A stretch of DNA of 64,000 bases from Octopus sinensis (lineage: Eukaryota): NCBI RefSeq assembly GCF_006345805.1, contig NC_043004.1, forward strand, positions 17,422,001-17,486,000, read 5' to 3'. The notes under the pieces are model-generated. The model saw only the letters and a list, made by a program, of their open reading frames with translations. It did no database searches and was not told the origin of the DNA. This document shows positions 13,828 through 27,427 of the stretch, piece by piece. Position 1 is the first letter of the stretch, and every line of letters begins with the position of its first letter. Both the position numbers and the translations under genes were made by a program.

Positions 13828-14375
13828 GTTCGTGCTGATTTATAGTAGCTTACATTTCGACTTATTTTAGAACATGGTTGATCCATAAAATAGGATTTAA
13901 CTGCAACTCCATTTAGAGCACAGTTTAAGCTATCTTTTCGTGGAAGAAGGTTTATGTTCCTATAACCTGTGTTAATTCTGTAACCCTTTAAAATGGAAGA
14001 TAAGAAAGTTCATTTTCGGCACTTGATGCTTTGGGAACCAGACAAAAATTGCTGCAGCTCGGCTGGGATGTGTTACTCCACCCGTCATATTCACCAGATA
14101 TTCCTTCAGATTTCCACTTATTCAGGTTTCTGCAGAATAGTCTTAATGGTAAACATTTCAATTCCTTGGATAACGTAAAAAGACACCTTGATGAATTCTT
14201 TGCCATGAAACCACGTCAATTCTGGGAAGAGGGTATTTTCAAGTTAAAGGAAAGATGGAGACGCATTGTGCAACAAAATGGTTCATATTTTGTTGATTAA
14301 AAATTTAATGGCAAGTATTTATTGACTTTTTCCTTACCTTTAAAAATCGGCATGAACTTTCCGGACAACCCAATA
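13828..14375 (+). mobile_element. Internally deleted mariner element
   Basis: N-terminal MEDKKVHFRHLMLWE joined directly to C-terminal RQKLLQLGWDVLLHPSYSPDI.PSDFHLF..KLKERWRRIVQQNGSYF. Right TIR AATCGGCATGAACTTTCCGGACAACCCAA|TA; partial left TIR GTTCGTGCTGATTT. Confidence 0.85.
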
Positions 14376-14499
14376 TGTTGCTAGTCTGTAATGAGTTCAC
14401 GCTAGAGAAAGGTATATCTTGCTTTGTTGAGACTCTACCAGTGAAACATTATTTTACACTATATTTTATCCCAAATAAGGCTTGAGGCCATTGTAGCAT

Positions 14500-15200
14500 A
14501 AGGGACTACAAAAAACGAAAAGAAGGGGCTTATAAATCGAAAAGTTGCTGATTGAAAGTAAACTTATAGGACTGAATATCATAGTCCAGAGGAAAACAAG
14601 ATGATTGTAATGAATTCCAGAGAGCTGTAGCTCGAGGAAAGAAGCTACTGGAATAAAAGGACATATGACTTACAGGAAACTCTTCAGAGAAGCGATACGC
14701 CTAGAAAGAGAAGCGGGTGTCACGTTTAACCCTTTCGTTACTGTATTTGTTTTGAGATGCTCTGTGTTTCTTTCAATTAGTTTAGATATAACAAAGAATT
14801 TAGTAAAAATAACTTCGTTATCATTAGGAACATAAATTGTGACTAAGGTCTGGTGGAAAATTTTAATTCAAAACTTATGAAAACAAGACATTTGTATTAC
14901 AAAGCCAGAGCCGGTTTCAGCCGGGTAGGTAATGAAAGGGTTAAATGTCTTGACAAAGGGTACTAGACCGTAAATTTTATCAAAGTAATGTCCATGGAAA
15001 TACTTATTGAAAAGATATAACAAAGATATATTTTGGCGATGAGTCAAAAGTTCCAGCCTAGTAGAAAGAAGAGGACTAAACAAGGATTCTTGACTCGGTT
15101 TAGGTAATTTGTGACAGTCGTATGGTTGGTTTTTCCACAATCACCTAGTCAAGGAGTTCACTTCTAGACGATTCGTTCTTTTGATAGCTTTTCTCACCTA
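14500..15200 (-). mobile_element. Jockey/CR1-group LINE, C-terminal relic
   Basis: LTHRQNISLLYLFNKYFHGH and YSSSFFPRATALWNSL are typical post-RT motifs. Interrupted by a TTAA MITE. Confidence 0.75.
14730..14940. mobile_element. piggyBac-type MITE
   Basis: TTAA|CCCTTTCGTTAC...GTAATGAAAGGG|TTAA. Confidence 0.8.
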
Positions 15201-16879
15201 ACCCATTTTTGTATAGTTTAACTTTTCTTAATCCATTTAATCTCAAGGAAGTTTCCTTTTATCTTCTTTGCTCTTGCTATTCAAGGATGCACATACATGC
15301 ATACATGCATATAACGCACATACATGCATGCATAAATACGTACACACATACGTTATACATAGATACCTAATTCATGCATAATATACTCACATTATATGTC
15401 CATACACAATACAACATGCAACGTTGCTATTGGGGTATTTTCATGCAATTACTTTTGTAAAACGGTTTCATGAATATCTAGATTTGCTTCCTGCGCCATG
15501 AGAAACTAATAATAAAGGATGAAATACCCGAGAAATTGAAGTAATTTAATTTCGATATAAATCTGGATGTTCATCTGTATTTCTACAGTCACGAATATTG
15601 ATATATTTTGAGGAACGAAGAAGATTTCTGTTGTGTAGCTGTAGCATATTCGCCGCAGTCAGTGTCAGATGGGTCTATTAATTCGATGCAATTGAAGGAA
15701 AATCTGAAAGCTGTTAAATAAACATATATGTTGTTAACCATCTTATTGGTAGATTTGTCGGTTACTTGTAGCAGGAAGAGATCTTTCAACTTGTCAATAA
15801 GTGTTAGAGTGTTATTTTAATAAATGTTGATGTGACTGAAGATAATGATCGTATGTTAGAGTGGAAACGAAGTCGAATAAGTTGTTGAATTCATGATGGA
15901 GATTGCTAATGCTACAAGATTTGTAAGTGTAACATACTATCGAATTTTTTGCTTGATAAAAATGCTACCTTGCAAACAACACATCCAAAACATGAAAAGA
16001 ATTGAGATTTATCGATTAGTTTATTTCGGAATAAAATTTCATAGGTGATTTTCCAAAATATATGATAAAAATGAAAGCTTATCAACTATTGAGTGTTGCC
16101 GTGTAAAAGTGTTTCGTTTGAAGTGAATCAAGTTTCTAGGATGAAAGCAACACCTACAACATTGTCTTCTAACATTGATACAACGATTGCTATTTTAGTA
16201 TGGATCAATCGAGCATTTCATATCATCAATGTTATTAAATCCTGATTAGTTGTTGCAGCTTTAGCTGTTCCTGTTTGCTCATAATTATACTACCAACAAA
16301 TGATGACATCTGTTAGATGTATATTAGTTTACCACTACTATACTTCATACTCTTGACTCTTATTTTAACATTTTTGGTATTGGATTTCATCAACACATGG
16401 GGCAGCAGGAGATTGTTTCTTTCCTTTCCTTCGATGTAAGACAACCTCTGACATTTATGATATCTTTTAACAGAATATCGATTATAGACACAGCAGGTAA
16501 TTATACTGATATAAACTAGATCACTTATTCCTTGGAACTGTTCGTGTTATTTCTGCTGGTGTTGACATTTTAATGGAAATATAATCCCCTTGTTATTTAT
16601 ACGGTTTATTGTGAAAACTCGACCTGTTCGTTAGTGGGGCGAAATTCTGACTTCTGATCTGACTATATATCTATCAACTCATGTTGATGCAAGCAATCTA
16701 GTAACTTTTTGTCAGTATAAGGCTCCAAACAAGATTTGGCATTTAAATAGAACACTTTTCTCGCTTTTGAAGCATTATACTATAGTTTTCGCTACTGTCT
16801 GCTATGCTTCATGTATGCGCGACACAAGGGCGACACATGCGCATGCACGCACACATATGTTTGTATCTTCTATTTTTTA

Positions 16880-18505
16880 ATTATTATAAATCTTCCACTG
16901 AGGAGGGAGCCGGTTTCCAACAATAATACAAGGTTCCATTTTTGGGATGTAGTTAACACAAAAAAATTCACATTTAGAACTTGAGAAAAATCTTGCATAT
17001 TTTTACTGTTCCAATCACAAATTGCACTTGTGTGAATCAGCCGGTTGATTTCTCTTTCTGAAAATCCCAGTTTATCTAGATTCTCCTTTAAGCATTTACT
17101 AGCAAAACCTAGTGCTCCGATTATTATTGGAACGAATATGAATTCATAATCTGGATATAGAAGCTGGAGGTTTCGAAGCAGTTGTCCATAGATATCCGCT
17201 TCTTCTTTGATTTTCAAACATATATTTTTATCTGCAGGGCAGCTGACCTCTATGATGGTACATAGCTTTGCATCTCTGTCCCAAACAGCAATATCCGCCC
17301 TGTTATGTTTACATTTGACAGAAGTTTTGATAGGAATGTTCCTTCAGTATTCCTTGAGTTGGTGTTTATGAATGTTTTCCATAACAGAGGGATTTCCTAA
17401 GTTTATTTCAGGAGAGTCTTTTTTGCGGATGACATTATAAATTGTTTTAGCAACAACACCGTGCCGCATAGGGAGGTAGTACCGTAACGGCAGCTGCTAA
17501 TCACATGCATGATGTCTTCCACAGAAACATGACATAGCCTACGCATGAGCTTGCATCTTGGGATTACAAGACTGTCATTGTCTCTCTTGTTCACCAGGTA
17601 CTTTGTGGTAATCTCCAGTTTCTGGATTGCAAACGCATATCCCTCAGTGTGATGTGATGTAGTGGTCTTGTGTCCAAGAGTGGCTATGCTTCGTGTCAAT
17701 TCTACTGTCTTTTTCAAGCTTCCGGGAAACATACCCATGCGTAGTCTTTTTCTTGTATGCTGAGTGCTTTCCATCCAGGTCTTCTGTGAGGTAAGTGAGC
17801 TCAAATGTTTTGGGGTTGTATAGGAGATAATCAGGAAGAGAGTGCTTCTTGAGGAGCTCACTACCAACTCGTACAATGTTGCTGAATTCACTTTTCAGCA
17901 CTTCAGTTATATATTTATTTTTGCTGCTGTTGTTTAGCAGGTGCTGCCTGAATGATACCATACGGCATTCGAAGGCCGTCTGCACTAATCTCACGCCTCT
18001 ATCACCTCCATTTCTTCTTAGGTAGAGCCTATCAACATCACTGTTTCTGTGGAAGTTGCTAGTTGTTGTCAGGATTTTGCGGGTTTTGATATCTATGGAG
18101 TGGATTTCCTCTACAGACCAACCAAGTGTCCCAAATGTTCGGATCAGCACTGGTACTGTAAATGCATTGTTGGATATATTTTTGTTGTAAGAGGAGAGTT
18201 CCGACTGTCATATTTTCCTAAGTCTGATGTATTATTCTCGGGTCACTCTATCTTTATTCACAGTTCCTTCATATGATACATTTTCGACTATGCCTAGGTA
18301 CATGTAACAATCTATGTGTGGAATGGGGAGATAGAGAGATCGTTGATGCACAGGTTTTGGGTTTGGGAGACTGACTTTCCTTGCTCTATAACCAAATATG
18401 AACATTCCTTTTGGCCAAATTCCATGCCTATATCAGCTGAAAATGTTATTAATTCCAGTTGTTTTTTGGTATTGTTAAAATTCTTTGTGGAATGGGGGCA
18501 ATAGA
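16880..18505 (-). mobile_element. R4-like RLE retrotransposon (lineage E): RT thumb, CCHC knuckle and RLE; pseudogenised
   Basis: EFG..KC, DIKTRKILT..FHRNSDVDRLYLRRNGGDRG, CKLMRRLCHVSVEDIMHVISSC, and VPIIIGALG, spread across frameshifted ORFs 17644-18150, 17403-17891 and 16870-17217. Confidence 0.88.
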
Positions 18506-18559
18506 GAGACTGTTGTGTATGTATGAATGTATGTATGTGTGCGCTTTTCTTCTGTTTGT

Positions 18560-19335
18560 AATTATTTGAAAACTTCCTCTAAGAAAGCAGATGGTTTCTA
18601 ACAAATATACAAAGCCCCATCGTTAGAATGTAGATAACAAAAACAATGTCACCTCTTAAACTTGAGAAAAATCTTGCATATTTGTACTGTTCCACTTACA
18701 GATTGTATTCGTAATGTCCGTGTAAGCTGGTTGGTTACTTTACCTGAAAACCCTATCTTTTCTAGATTGTTACTAAACCAAGTGTAGCAATTATTATTGA
18801 CGTAATTGTGAATTTATAATCTAGGTTAGTGGTTCTCAGCCATTTTTACCTTTGGACCCTTTCATTTCTGTCTTACTCTGTTGGATCCCCACAACCATTC
18901 GATGTTCAAAAAATTCTATTATATTTCTGTAATTAAATATCATTAGGAATTGTATTAAAATATTGTTAAAATATACATAAATAATTTATTCTCAAACGCA
19001 TGATAATGCTTATACAACACATTATCATGTGTTTGAGAATAAATTATTTCTGTATATTTCAATACATCTCAACGTTTCTATAGCAAACATTGCTTGTTTA
19101 CTTTCATCGTAAGTTGAATTTATTGTTAAAATATTTTATGTATTGGAATAAAACTAATTAATTGCAGATAAGCTTTAACAACAAAATCTTATATGCACCT
19201 CCAAGGGCTATATGGGTCTCGGTTGAAAAACCGCTGATCTAGTTATAGAAGCTGAAAGTTTCGAAGCAGATGTCTGTAGTTATCCTCTTTCTCTTTAATT
19301 ATTAAAGAGATATTCACATGCACATTAGACGGCAG
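18560..19335 (-). mobile_element. Lineage E 3' fragment, split by a hAT MITE and cut by a SINE
   Basis: 18600-18826 and 19237-19335 align by eye with ~16920-17240. Confidence 0.75.
18827..19236. mobile_element. hAT-type MITE (410 bp)
   Basis: TIRs TAGTGGTTCTCAGCC / GGTTGAAAAACCGCTG; 8-bp TSD ATCTAGGT / ATCTAGTT. Confidence 0.8.
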
Positions 19336-19337
19336 CT

Positions 19338-19718
19338 GTGGAGGCGCAGTGGCCCAGTGGTTAGAGCAGCGGACTCGCGGTCGGAGGATCGCGGTTTCGA
19401 TTCCCTGACCGGGAGTTGAGTGTTTATTGAGCGAAGACACCTAAAGCTCCGCGAGGCTCCGACCGGGGGTGGTGGCGAATCCTGCTGAAACTCTTTCACC
19501 ACATCTTTCTCTAACTCTCTCTTTCTGTTTCTGTTGTACCTGTCTTTCAAAGGGGCTAGCCTTGTCACATTCTGTGTTACGCTGAATCTCCCCGAGAACT
19601 ACGTTAAGAGTACACGTGTCTGTGGAGTGCTCAACCTCTTGCAATGTTCATTCCACAAGCCGGCTGTTCCGTTGATCGGATCAATTGGACCCCTCGTCGT
19701 CGTAACCGACGGAGCGCC
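19338..19718 (+). mobile_element. tRNA-derived SINE family B
   Basis: Head GTGGAGGCGCAGTGGCCCAGTGGTTAGAGCAGCGGACTCGCGG..GGTTTCGATTCCC; tail ..CGTCGTCGTAACCGACGGAG.GC. Fragments also at 7177-7455, 42348-42408 (and its mirror) and 47990-48150. Confidence 0.9.
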
Positions 19719-19870
19719 ACAACTGAGACGGCAATTGACGTCTATGAAGGTGCATACTTTTAATTGTCTGCTCCAAACGAGAATATCCTGCATCTTATGT
19801 TTACACTAAGCAGAAGTTTTCTTAGAAATGATCCACCAATATTCAATGTTTGTGTATGCATTCAATGTTT

Positions 19871-20252
19871 GTGGAGGTGCAATGGCCCAGTGGTTAGGGC
19901 AGCGGACTCGCGGTCGGAGGATCGCGGTTTCGATTCCCAGACCGGGCATTGTGAGTGTTTATTGAGCGAAAACACCTAAAACTCCACGAGGCTCCGGCAG
20001 GGGGTGGTGGTGAACCCTGCTGTACTCTTTCACTACAACTTTCTCTCGCTCTTTCTTCCTGTTTCTCTTGTACCTGTATTTCAAAGGGCCAGCCTTGTCA
20101 CATTCTGTGTGTCACGCTGAATCTTCTCGAGAACTACGTTAAGGGTACACGTGTCTGTGGAGTGCTCAGCCACTTGCACGTTAATATCACGAGCAAGCTG
20201 TTCCGTTGATCGTATCAGCTGGGACCCTCATCGTCGTAACCGACGGAGTGCT
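19871..20252 (+). mobile_element. SINE family B, second nearby copy
   Basis: Near-identical to 19338-19718. Confidence 0.9.
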
Positions 20253-20329
20253 CCTCCTATATGCATTCAATAACAGTGTAATTCTCTATATTAATTTCAA
20301 TGTAAGTACTTTGATGATATTTTTGGGCA

Positions 20330-21050
20330 GCATTCAGCGTTGGTGCTTTCTTTTCCGCTGCGTAGCTGATTTACATGGTTTCCCGTTGCGTCCCCAAATC
20401 ACTATGTCCAGTCCATTATGTTTGCATTTTATTTAGGTTTCCACTTGTAATATTTCATATTAAAAGTGGCTATGACCTCTAACATATCGCGGATCTTATC
20501 TCTTTGGCCTTCTTCTATTTTTGGACAGCTGTTTGTCGCGTGTGATGTCGTCCAAGAAATATGACATTATTTACATTTTCGATTCCATATTGAGGTTCCA
20601 AGGGCTGCATTGCTTTCTGTGATGTAGCCGTTACAAGTTCAAGAAAGGTTTCGCTTCATATCGATATTACTGTATTCTTACAGTCAGTCTGCAGAGTTTT
20701 TTTAGTATGCTGAGCGCTTCACATTTCTGTCTTCTTTAAAGTATGTGTTGTCTGGCTGTCTTCCTCATGACTTTCCATAAAAACCCCAAATATTTTGGGA
20801 TTTTATCGGAAGTTATCAGAAAGAAAATGCTTCCTGAGTAACTTACTACTGACACATAGGATGTTGTTCACTTCGCTTTTCAGCACAAAGTTTATGTATT
20901 TATTTTTGCTAATGTTTTTTAGCAGGTTTAGTCAGAAAGACAGTCATCGACATTCGAAGGTTGCCTGCACTGATCTCACAGCTCTACTTCCTTCATCTCG
21001 ACGGTCTCATAGCAAATCAATGCCATGTTGAAGTTGCCATTAAAAACTGG
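20330..21050 (-). mobile_element. Lineage E fragment, heavily decayed
   Basis: Reverse complement aligns by eye with ~46860-47560 (GTGAGATCAGTGCAG.CA.CCTTCG; AAATAAATA.ATAAACTT.GTGCTGAAAAGCGA). Confidence 0.7.
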
Positions 21051-22459
21051 GTTAAATTTCGGACTCTGAAACCTCGGATTCACGACAAACTATGTAAGCC
21101 ATATCAGTTAATTATTTTTTCCACTCAACACTAGATCTTCTAGTTATTACGCGTTCTTGTAGCTGTGTTTTAACTAGTTCTAGCTAGAAAAAGTCTAATA
21201 GGATCGAAATATGACCAGGATACTCACCATAGCTACCAAAGATTAAAATCATGCATTCACCTCCAGTATGATTTCATTTACGTTTTCTGGTCAGTTGAAC
21301 ATTTGGAGAATTATCTCCCTTACCTCTTTAGAGAGTAATTATGACTTTCCATCTCATTACAGTTATAATTTCGAGTGCTTAAGATTTAAATTCGGTTTAC
21401 CACATTATGTTCGTCTGAATGTCCTTGCAGAAGGCACTCTTTCGGATCATTTCTAATGTATCATACTAACCAGTAGAGCCAATTCATTCACTGATTATCG
21501 ACACAAATGTACTTATAGTCTGTGTATTGCAGGTTTCGACGCTGTTGGCTGTATCTTGGTTTTCCTCATTAATTTTGAATAAAATTTATTTGGCGGCTGA
21601 CCTCAACAAAAGTATGCAGCTTTCCATTATTATCGCAAACCACTGTATCAAGTGTGTTATATTTGTATTTAGAGGCAGTTTGGATGGCCATGTTCTTACA
21701 GAATTACTTATGTATGAATGTATAAGTTATTATTTTTATTTCCGCCATAAGGAATTTCGGGAGACGGAAATAACTCGATTTCAATAGCTGGAACTCGAAG
21801 TAGATAAATCTATAAATAATAGCATGTATATATCGGTTTCAAATTTTAGCACAAAGCCAACAATTTTGGGGCAGCGGGTAAGTCGATTACATCGACCACG
21901 GTGTTCAACTGTTACTTATTTTATCGACCCTGAAAAGACGAAAGGCAAGTCTACTTCAACGGAATTTGAACACTGAATGTAAAGTCGGATGAAATGCTGT
22001 TTGGAATTTTGCCTAGCATGCTAGCGATTCTGCCAGCTTGTCACGTTAATAATATGTAATTATTGAATTAAAAGACCCTTTAGATAGAAAAAGACATAGT
22101 CTGCTTAGGTGATGTTTACAGAAAAATGTGGGTTCTAGTCCGACGGGCAGCCTTCGACTATTTCTATCCTAAGGTTTTCAAACCCGATATTTATTTAATA
22201 TTATTTATAGCTTTATCTACTTCGAGTTGCACTGTTAAAAATGAATTATATTTTTATATTTCTTCCGGCAGTGATTTCTTCCTCTATATGGTTTTATATA
22301 TCGTTTTAGCAACACACCTGCGACACTTTAATGTTATAGATATGCAGGTCAGCAACGATCAGAATTATTATTACAAATGAAAATTTATTTTGTAATGCAA
22401 CTCAAAGTCATAAAATATTTAAAGAAAAGGAAACAAATACAACTGAATTATGTATTTTG

Positions 22460-22524
<65 letters not shown>

Positions 22525-22573
22525 CATCATCATCATTATCATTATCATCATTATCATTATTATCATTATCATT

Positions 22574-22696
<123 letters not shown>

Positions 22697-23392
22697 GAGT
22701 GAGAGAGCAGTTCATGCCATCAAAGTGACACTGGGGTAAAATATACGAAGCCCAGTATACCCATCATGACTACCCGTCTGATAAAGGTACACCAGGCACA
22801 TGCATCACAACCATATGTGCGCGACATGGTGATCTCATATCAAGATAAACAGCACATGACCTTGCAGGTGGAGCCCAGTTAGAATTTTATTCAGATCGAG
22901 TAACCCATCCCGCTCAAAAGGTCCCTGAATAAGGGTTGTTTAAGGACGTTGAACGAAACACCCATGTTTCCAGAGGTGAATTATTCAAACCCCAAAGAAT
23001 CCTTCTCAACACATGGCTATGATGCTCCCCCACTACTTCTGCTCGTGATCAGAGATGCACACATCGTCAGCCACTAAGGGACATGCTCAACTGGTTAAGG
23101 TCAAACAACTGACAAGCAAATCTGTGGCATTGAGCAGAATATTTGATGTAGCCCATCTTTTATACCAAGACAAAACAATGTACATGATAACACTTCCAAT
23201 CAGTTAAGATCAGAAGCCATGAGAGCCACTGCCTGGTACTGCATCAGGGCATAGCAAATCTGTGGCATTGAGCAGAATATTTGATGTAGCCCATCTTTTA
23301 TACCAAGACAAAACAATGTACATGATAACACTTCCAATCAGTTAAGATCAGAAGCCATGAGAGCCACTGCCTGGTACTGCATCAGGGCATTT
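22697..23392 (-). mobile_element. Element X, longest copy, with a 138-bp tandem duplication
   Basis: Flanked by (ATT)n/(ATC)n tracts. Units 23115-23252 and 23253-23390 are direct repeats. Confidence 0.75.
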
Positions 23393-23578
23393 ATTATTAT
23401 TATTCTTATTCTTATTATTATTATTTTATTATTATTATTATTATCATTATTATCATTATTATCATTATTATCATTATTATTATCATTATTATCATTATTA
23501 TCATTATTATCATTATTATTATTATTATCATTATTATCATTATTATCATTATTATTATTATTATCATTATTATCATTA

Positions 23579-23618
<40 letters not shown>

Positions 23619-23631
23619 TATTATTATTATT

Positions 23632-24052
23632 CTATGTTTGACTTTTGCTTTATATTTGTACAAGTTGGCTCCAAGTCTCACCCAGTGACCTCAAGAGACA
23701 ACAGGGTTGGAAGTTCATGTTGTTGTTATGCCTAGTGTGCCATATATTTGGGGGGTGGGGATGTTGTACTAATGAATGTCTAAAAAAAAAAGTTTTTTTT
23801 TTTTTTTTTTTTTTTTAAACCGAAAATTATGGTTGTTTTAAACCTTGAGGTTACATAGAGAGTATTTTGCGTAGGATATGAGCAGTTCCCATGAGCACTA
23901 TCTTTTGAACTTCTGCCATTTTGGGGTTTCCTGGTATCTGAGTTAGGTAGCTATCAGCCCCTTTTGCTATCATTCCCAGGGCACCTATGACAACAGGTAT
24001 TGTTTTAGTCTTCAGCTTCCACATTTTGCTGATTTCTATTTCAAGATCTTTA
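23632..24052 (-). mobile_element. R4/Dong-like 3' fragment (lineage C)
   Basis: KDLEIEISKMWKLKTKTIPVVIGALGMIAKG..VQKIVLMGTAHILRKILSM* plus 3' UTR, lying between (TAA)n tracts. Confidence 0.85.
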
Positions 24053-24081
24053 TATTATTATTATTATTATTATTATTATTA

Positions 24082-24149
<68 letters not shown>

Positions 24150-24465
24150 TCTCTTTATCACAGGATTTGTTGGTGCTCCTGGAGTCTTACATGTGTAGAG
24201 GGCTTGCTGTCTGCAGCCCACGGTACCATGTTATCCATTCATTTCAGTAAACCTAATACTTTCCAGATTATTCTGGCGGTGCCAAGGATGCAAACCTTTT
24301 TAACAGTTCTACTGGGTACTCTATTCCAATTTCCTTTATATTCCCCTTGATGCCCTTGATATTGTTCCCAAGAGCCCTATGATAATTGGTACTGTCTTCA
24401 CCTTCATTTTCCACAGCCAGGCTAATTCTAACTTAAGAGGGTTGCATTTATCTATCTTTTCGCCT
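24150..24465 (-). mobile_element. R4/Dong-like 3' fragment (lineage D)
   Basis: WLWKMKVKTVPIIIGLLGTI../..ELLKKVCILGTARIIWKVLG (frameshifted). The 3' end abuts (TAA)n. Confidence 0.8.
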
Positions 24466-24725
24466 AAGGTCTATCTGCTCGACTAATGGCGGTGCTCCAA
24501 CATGGCCACAGTCAAATGACTGAAACAAGTAAAAGAGTACAAGAGAAGGCTTAAACACGCTTCCATACGAGAACACTGCTTGCAATTACGCATAGAATAT
24601 ACGCGCACAAGTGTAACCACAGGTGTACAGACACCCAATCACATGCACACACCTATGGTGGCGAACGTAGAAAGCTTCAGTCTGCTAGGCCTATACTACG
24701 GCCAGTTCATACACACAATATAGGA

Positions 24726-25036
24726 GCACTCCGTCGGTTGCGACGACGAGGGTCCCAGCTGGTACGATCAACGGAACAGCCTGCTCGTGAAATTAACGTG
24801 CAAGTGGCTGAGCACTCCACAGACACCTGTACCCTTAACGTAGTTCTCAGGGAAATTGAGCGTGACACAGAGTGTGACCTTTGAAATACAGGTACTACTC
24901 ATTTTTGTATGCTGAGTGGACTGGAGCAACATGAAATAAAGTGTCTTGCTCAAGGACACAACGCGTCGCCGGGAATTGAACTCACGGCCTTACGATCATG
25001 CGCCGAATGCCTTAGCCACTAAGTCACGCACCTTCA
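24726..25036 (-). mobile_element. SINE family B2 (different tRNA-like head, family B tail)
   Basis: Head ..GTGACTTAGTGGCTAAGGCATTCGG..GAGTTCAATTCCCGG..GTCCTTGAGCAAGACACTT; tail shared with B. Another copy at 10008-10305(-). Confidence 0.85.
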
Positions 25037-26157
25037 ATTACATACAATATAATAAATACATGTTTATGCACATATACAGTAATTCCTCGATTATCGCGGT
25101 TGTGACGTAAACAATCTAATATAGTCTTCATGCATCAAGGTCACCGCAGTAATACATAATCACGCGATGGGTAAGCCAAAACACACTCAAACACACAACT
25201 GACCGACGTTCACTGGTCTCACAATATGTATTATATTTGCTCATACACAATGCGTTTTCTCGCGAATTCTCAAAGTTTATTGGCAGCCATGTTGTGCTCC
25301 CAAAGGCCTATAAGCTACCTCTTTTCAATGCTTCTTCTTATCATTTGTTTGCTTATTTAGACATTTATATATATTTTTTATATACCTCATTGCTTTCATC
25401 AAACACACACGCACACACATCAAAAGTTGAACCGAACACATAACAAAACATTTCCATTCGCTAACATTTACACGCGATGCATAAATTGTCCCTGTACATT
25501 CGCTCGTAACATAGCCGCAGACTATAACTGAAACAAGTAGAAAATAAAAGACACATACATATATATTTCTTTATTGCCCACAAGGTGCTAAACACAGAGG
25601 GGAAAAACAAGGACAGGCAAAGGGATTAAGTCGATTGCTCGACCCCAGTCCGTAACTGGTACTTACTTATTCGACCCCGAAAGGATGAAAGGCAAAGTCG
25701 ACCTCGGCGGAACTTGAACTCAGAATGTAAAGACAGACGAAATACTGCTAAGCATTCCGCCCGGTGTGGTAACGATTCTGCCAGCTCGCCGCCCTTAACA
25801 TACATATGTGTAGCTGACACATACATATATAAATAACTGCGAACATACATACGTACACACACGCAGACACGCACACACACGCATACATGATGGCCGTTCA
25901 CTCGTGACCGAGGAAGACCATTGCTGACCTTCAGGAACATTGTGCGCTCTTGGAGTGGGGTGCGGTAGAAAGCAGTACATATCGAGCAGAGGTCAGCAAT
26001 GCCTGTGTAGTGTTTTAGGTTCAATAAGGCTTGCGCGACACCTCGTAGGCCCTCTCCACTTTATTGACATTATCCAGAGACAAGCTGGAGCAACATGTCT
26101 GGTGCCGATATGAGTTGCAGGATCAGGGATGTGGGAGCATACATATATGCATACATG

Positions 26158-26229
<72 letters not shown>

Positions 26230-26890
26230 CATACATATATACATATAAAAATACCTAATACTTAAATACGTACATAAACACTTATATGTATGTAGGTATG
26301 TATGCATGCATGCATGCATACATACCTACATATTTAAATACATACATACACACATATGCATAGATAAATACATAGTACATACATACATATATACATGCAT
26401 ACACACGAAACTACATAATACTTAAATACATACATTTAAACACAGATGCACACACATATATACATAGACACATACATACATGCATACATACATACCTGCA
26501 TACTTAAATACATACATGCACACATACATGCACACAAACATAGACACATACATACACATACATACACATACATACATACATACATACATCATTACATACA
26601 TACATATGCAACGAGATAAACTAGTTTCTTTTCAAACTGTTATCGATTATGTATCATTTTAAAATTGTATATATACATATTCTTTCATTTTTTTTACCTC
26701 TTTTACGTGATTGTTTTTCTTTGGAGTCTGTCTGCTCTTCTTGACACTAATCCTTCATTCTTTTTCGAAGTAAAGGATAATATATTTCACACATCTACGA
26801 AACCAGAAGTTTCAGGCGTGAAGTTCTCCACAACACCATTTTCAGCGATTTTTCAAAACCATTTAAACGAACATGCCTGCGCGAGCACGA

Positions 26891-26935
<45 letters not shown>

Positions 26936-27231
26936 TGCACACACGTACACACACACACACGCGCTTATGTTTGTAAGTATCTGTATATATAAGCATGGGT
27001 GTGTATGTATGAATACATATGAATGTGTACCTGAATACATATGTATGTGTACCTGTGTGTGTGTGTCTGATGCATAATTTTTGCGCCTTTTTTCAATAAA
27101 TTTTATTCAACAAAAGCAATAACAACATTCAACAAAAACATCTTTAAATGATTATTCCGGCGCATATTCACATATTTACTTCAATTTCTGGTTGGCGTTT
27201 TGTTGAATAAGACTTACTGAAAAAAATTCGT

Positions 27232-27323
<92 letters not shown>

Positions 27324-27427
27324 TTATAGTTAATCCAAACATGAAAACACAAAGAGAAAACAACAACGCGAGGACGTGGAACAAGTATAGTATTATTGGA
27401 CGCCCAGGAAAGAAGGAAAGAAGGAGG

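Noticed and set aside
15560-16600. Unique region with long minus-strand frames faintly resembling cadherin motifs
   Set aside because: Multiple stops, and the diagnostic DxNDN/DxD spacing is absent; the resemblance is subjective.
19345-19420. tRNA genes
   Set aside because: The tRNA-like sequences lack a paired acceptor stem and continue into SINE bodies; they are SINE heads.
23330-23392. U2 snRNA or 5S rRNA origin for the head of element X
   Set aside because: Only short scattered matches (e.g. CCTGGTA.TGCA); not enough to support homology.
26665-26890. ORF or exon-like unique segment
   Set aside because: No family similarity; all minus frames after the candidate acceptor hit stops, and the plus ORF runs into (CA)n.
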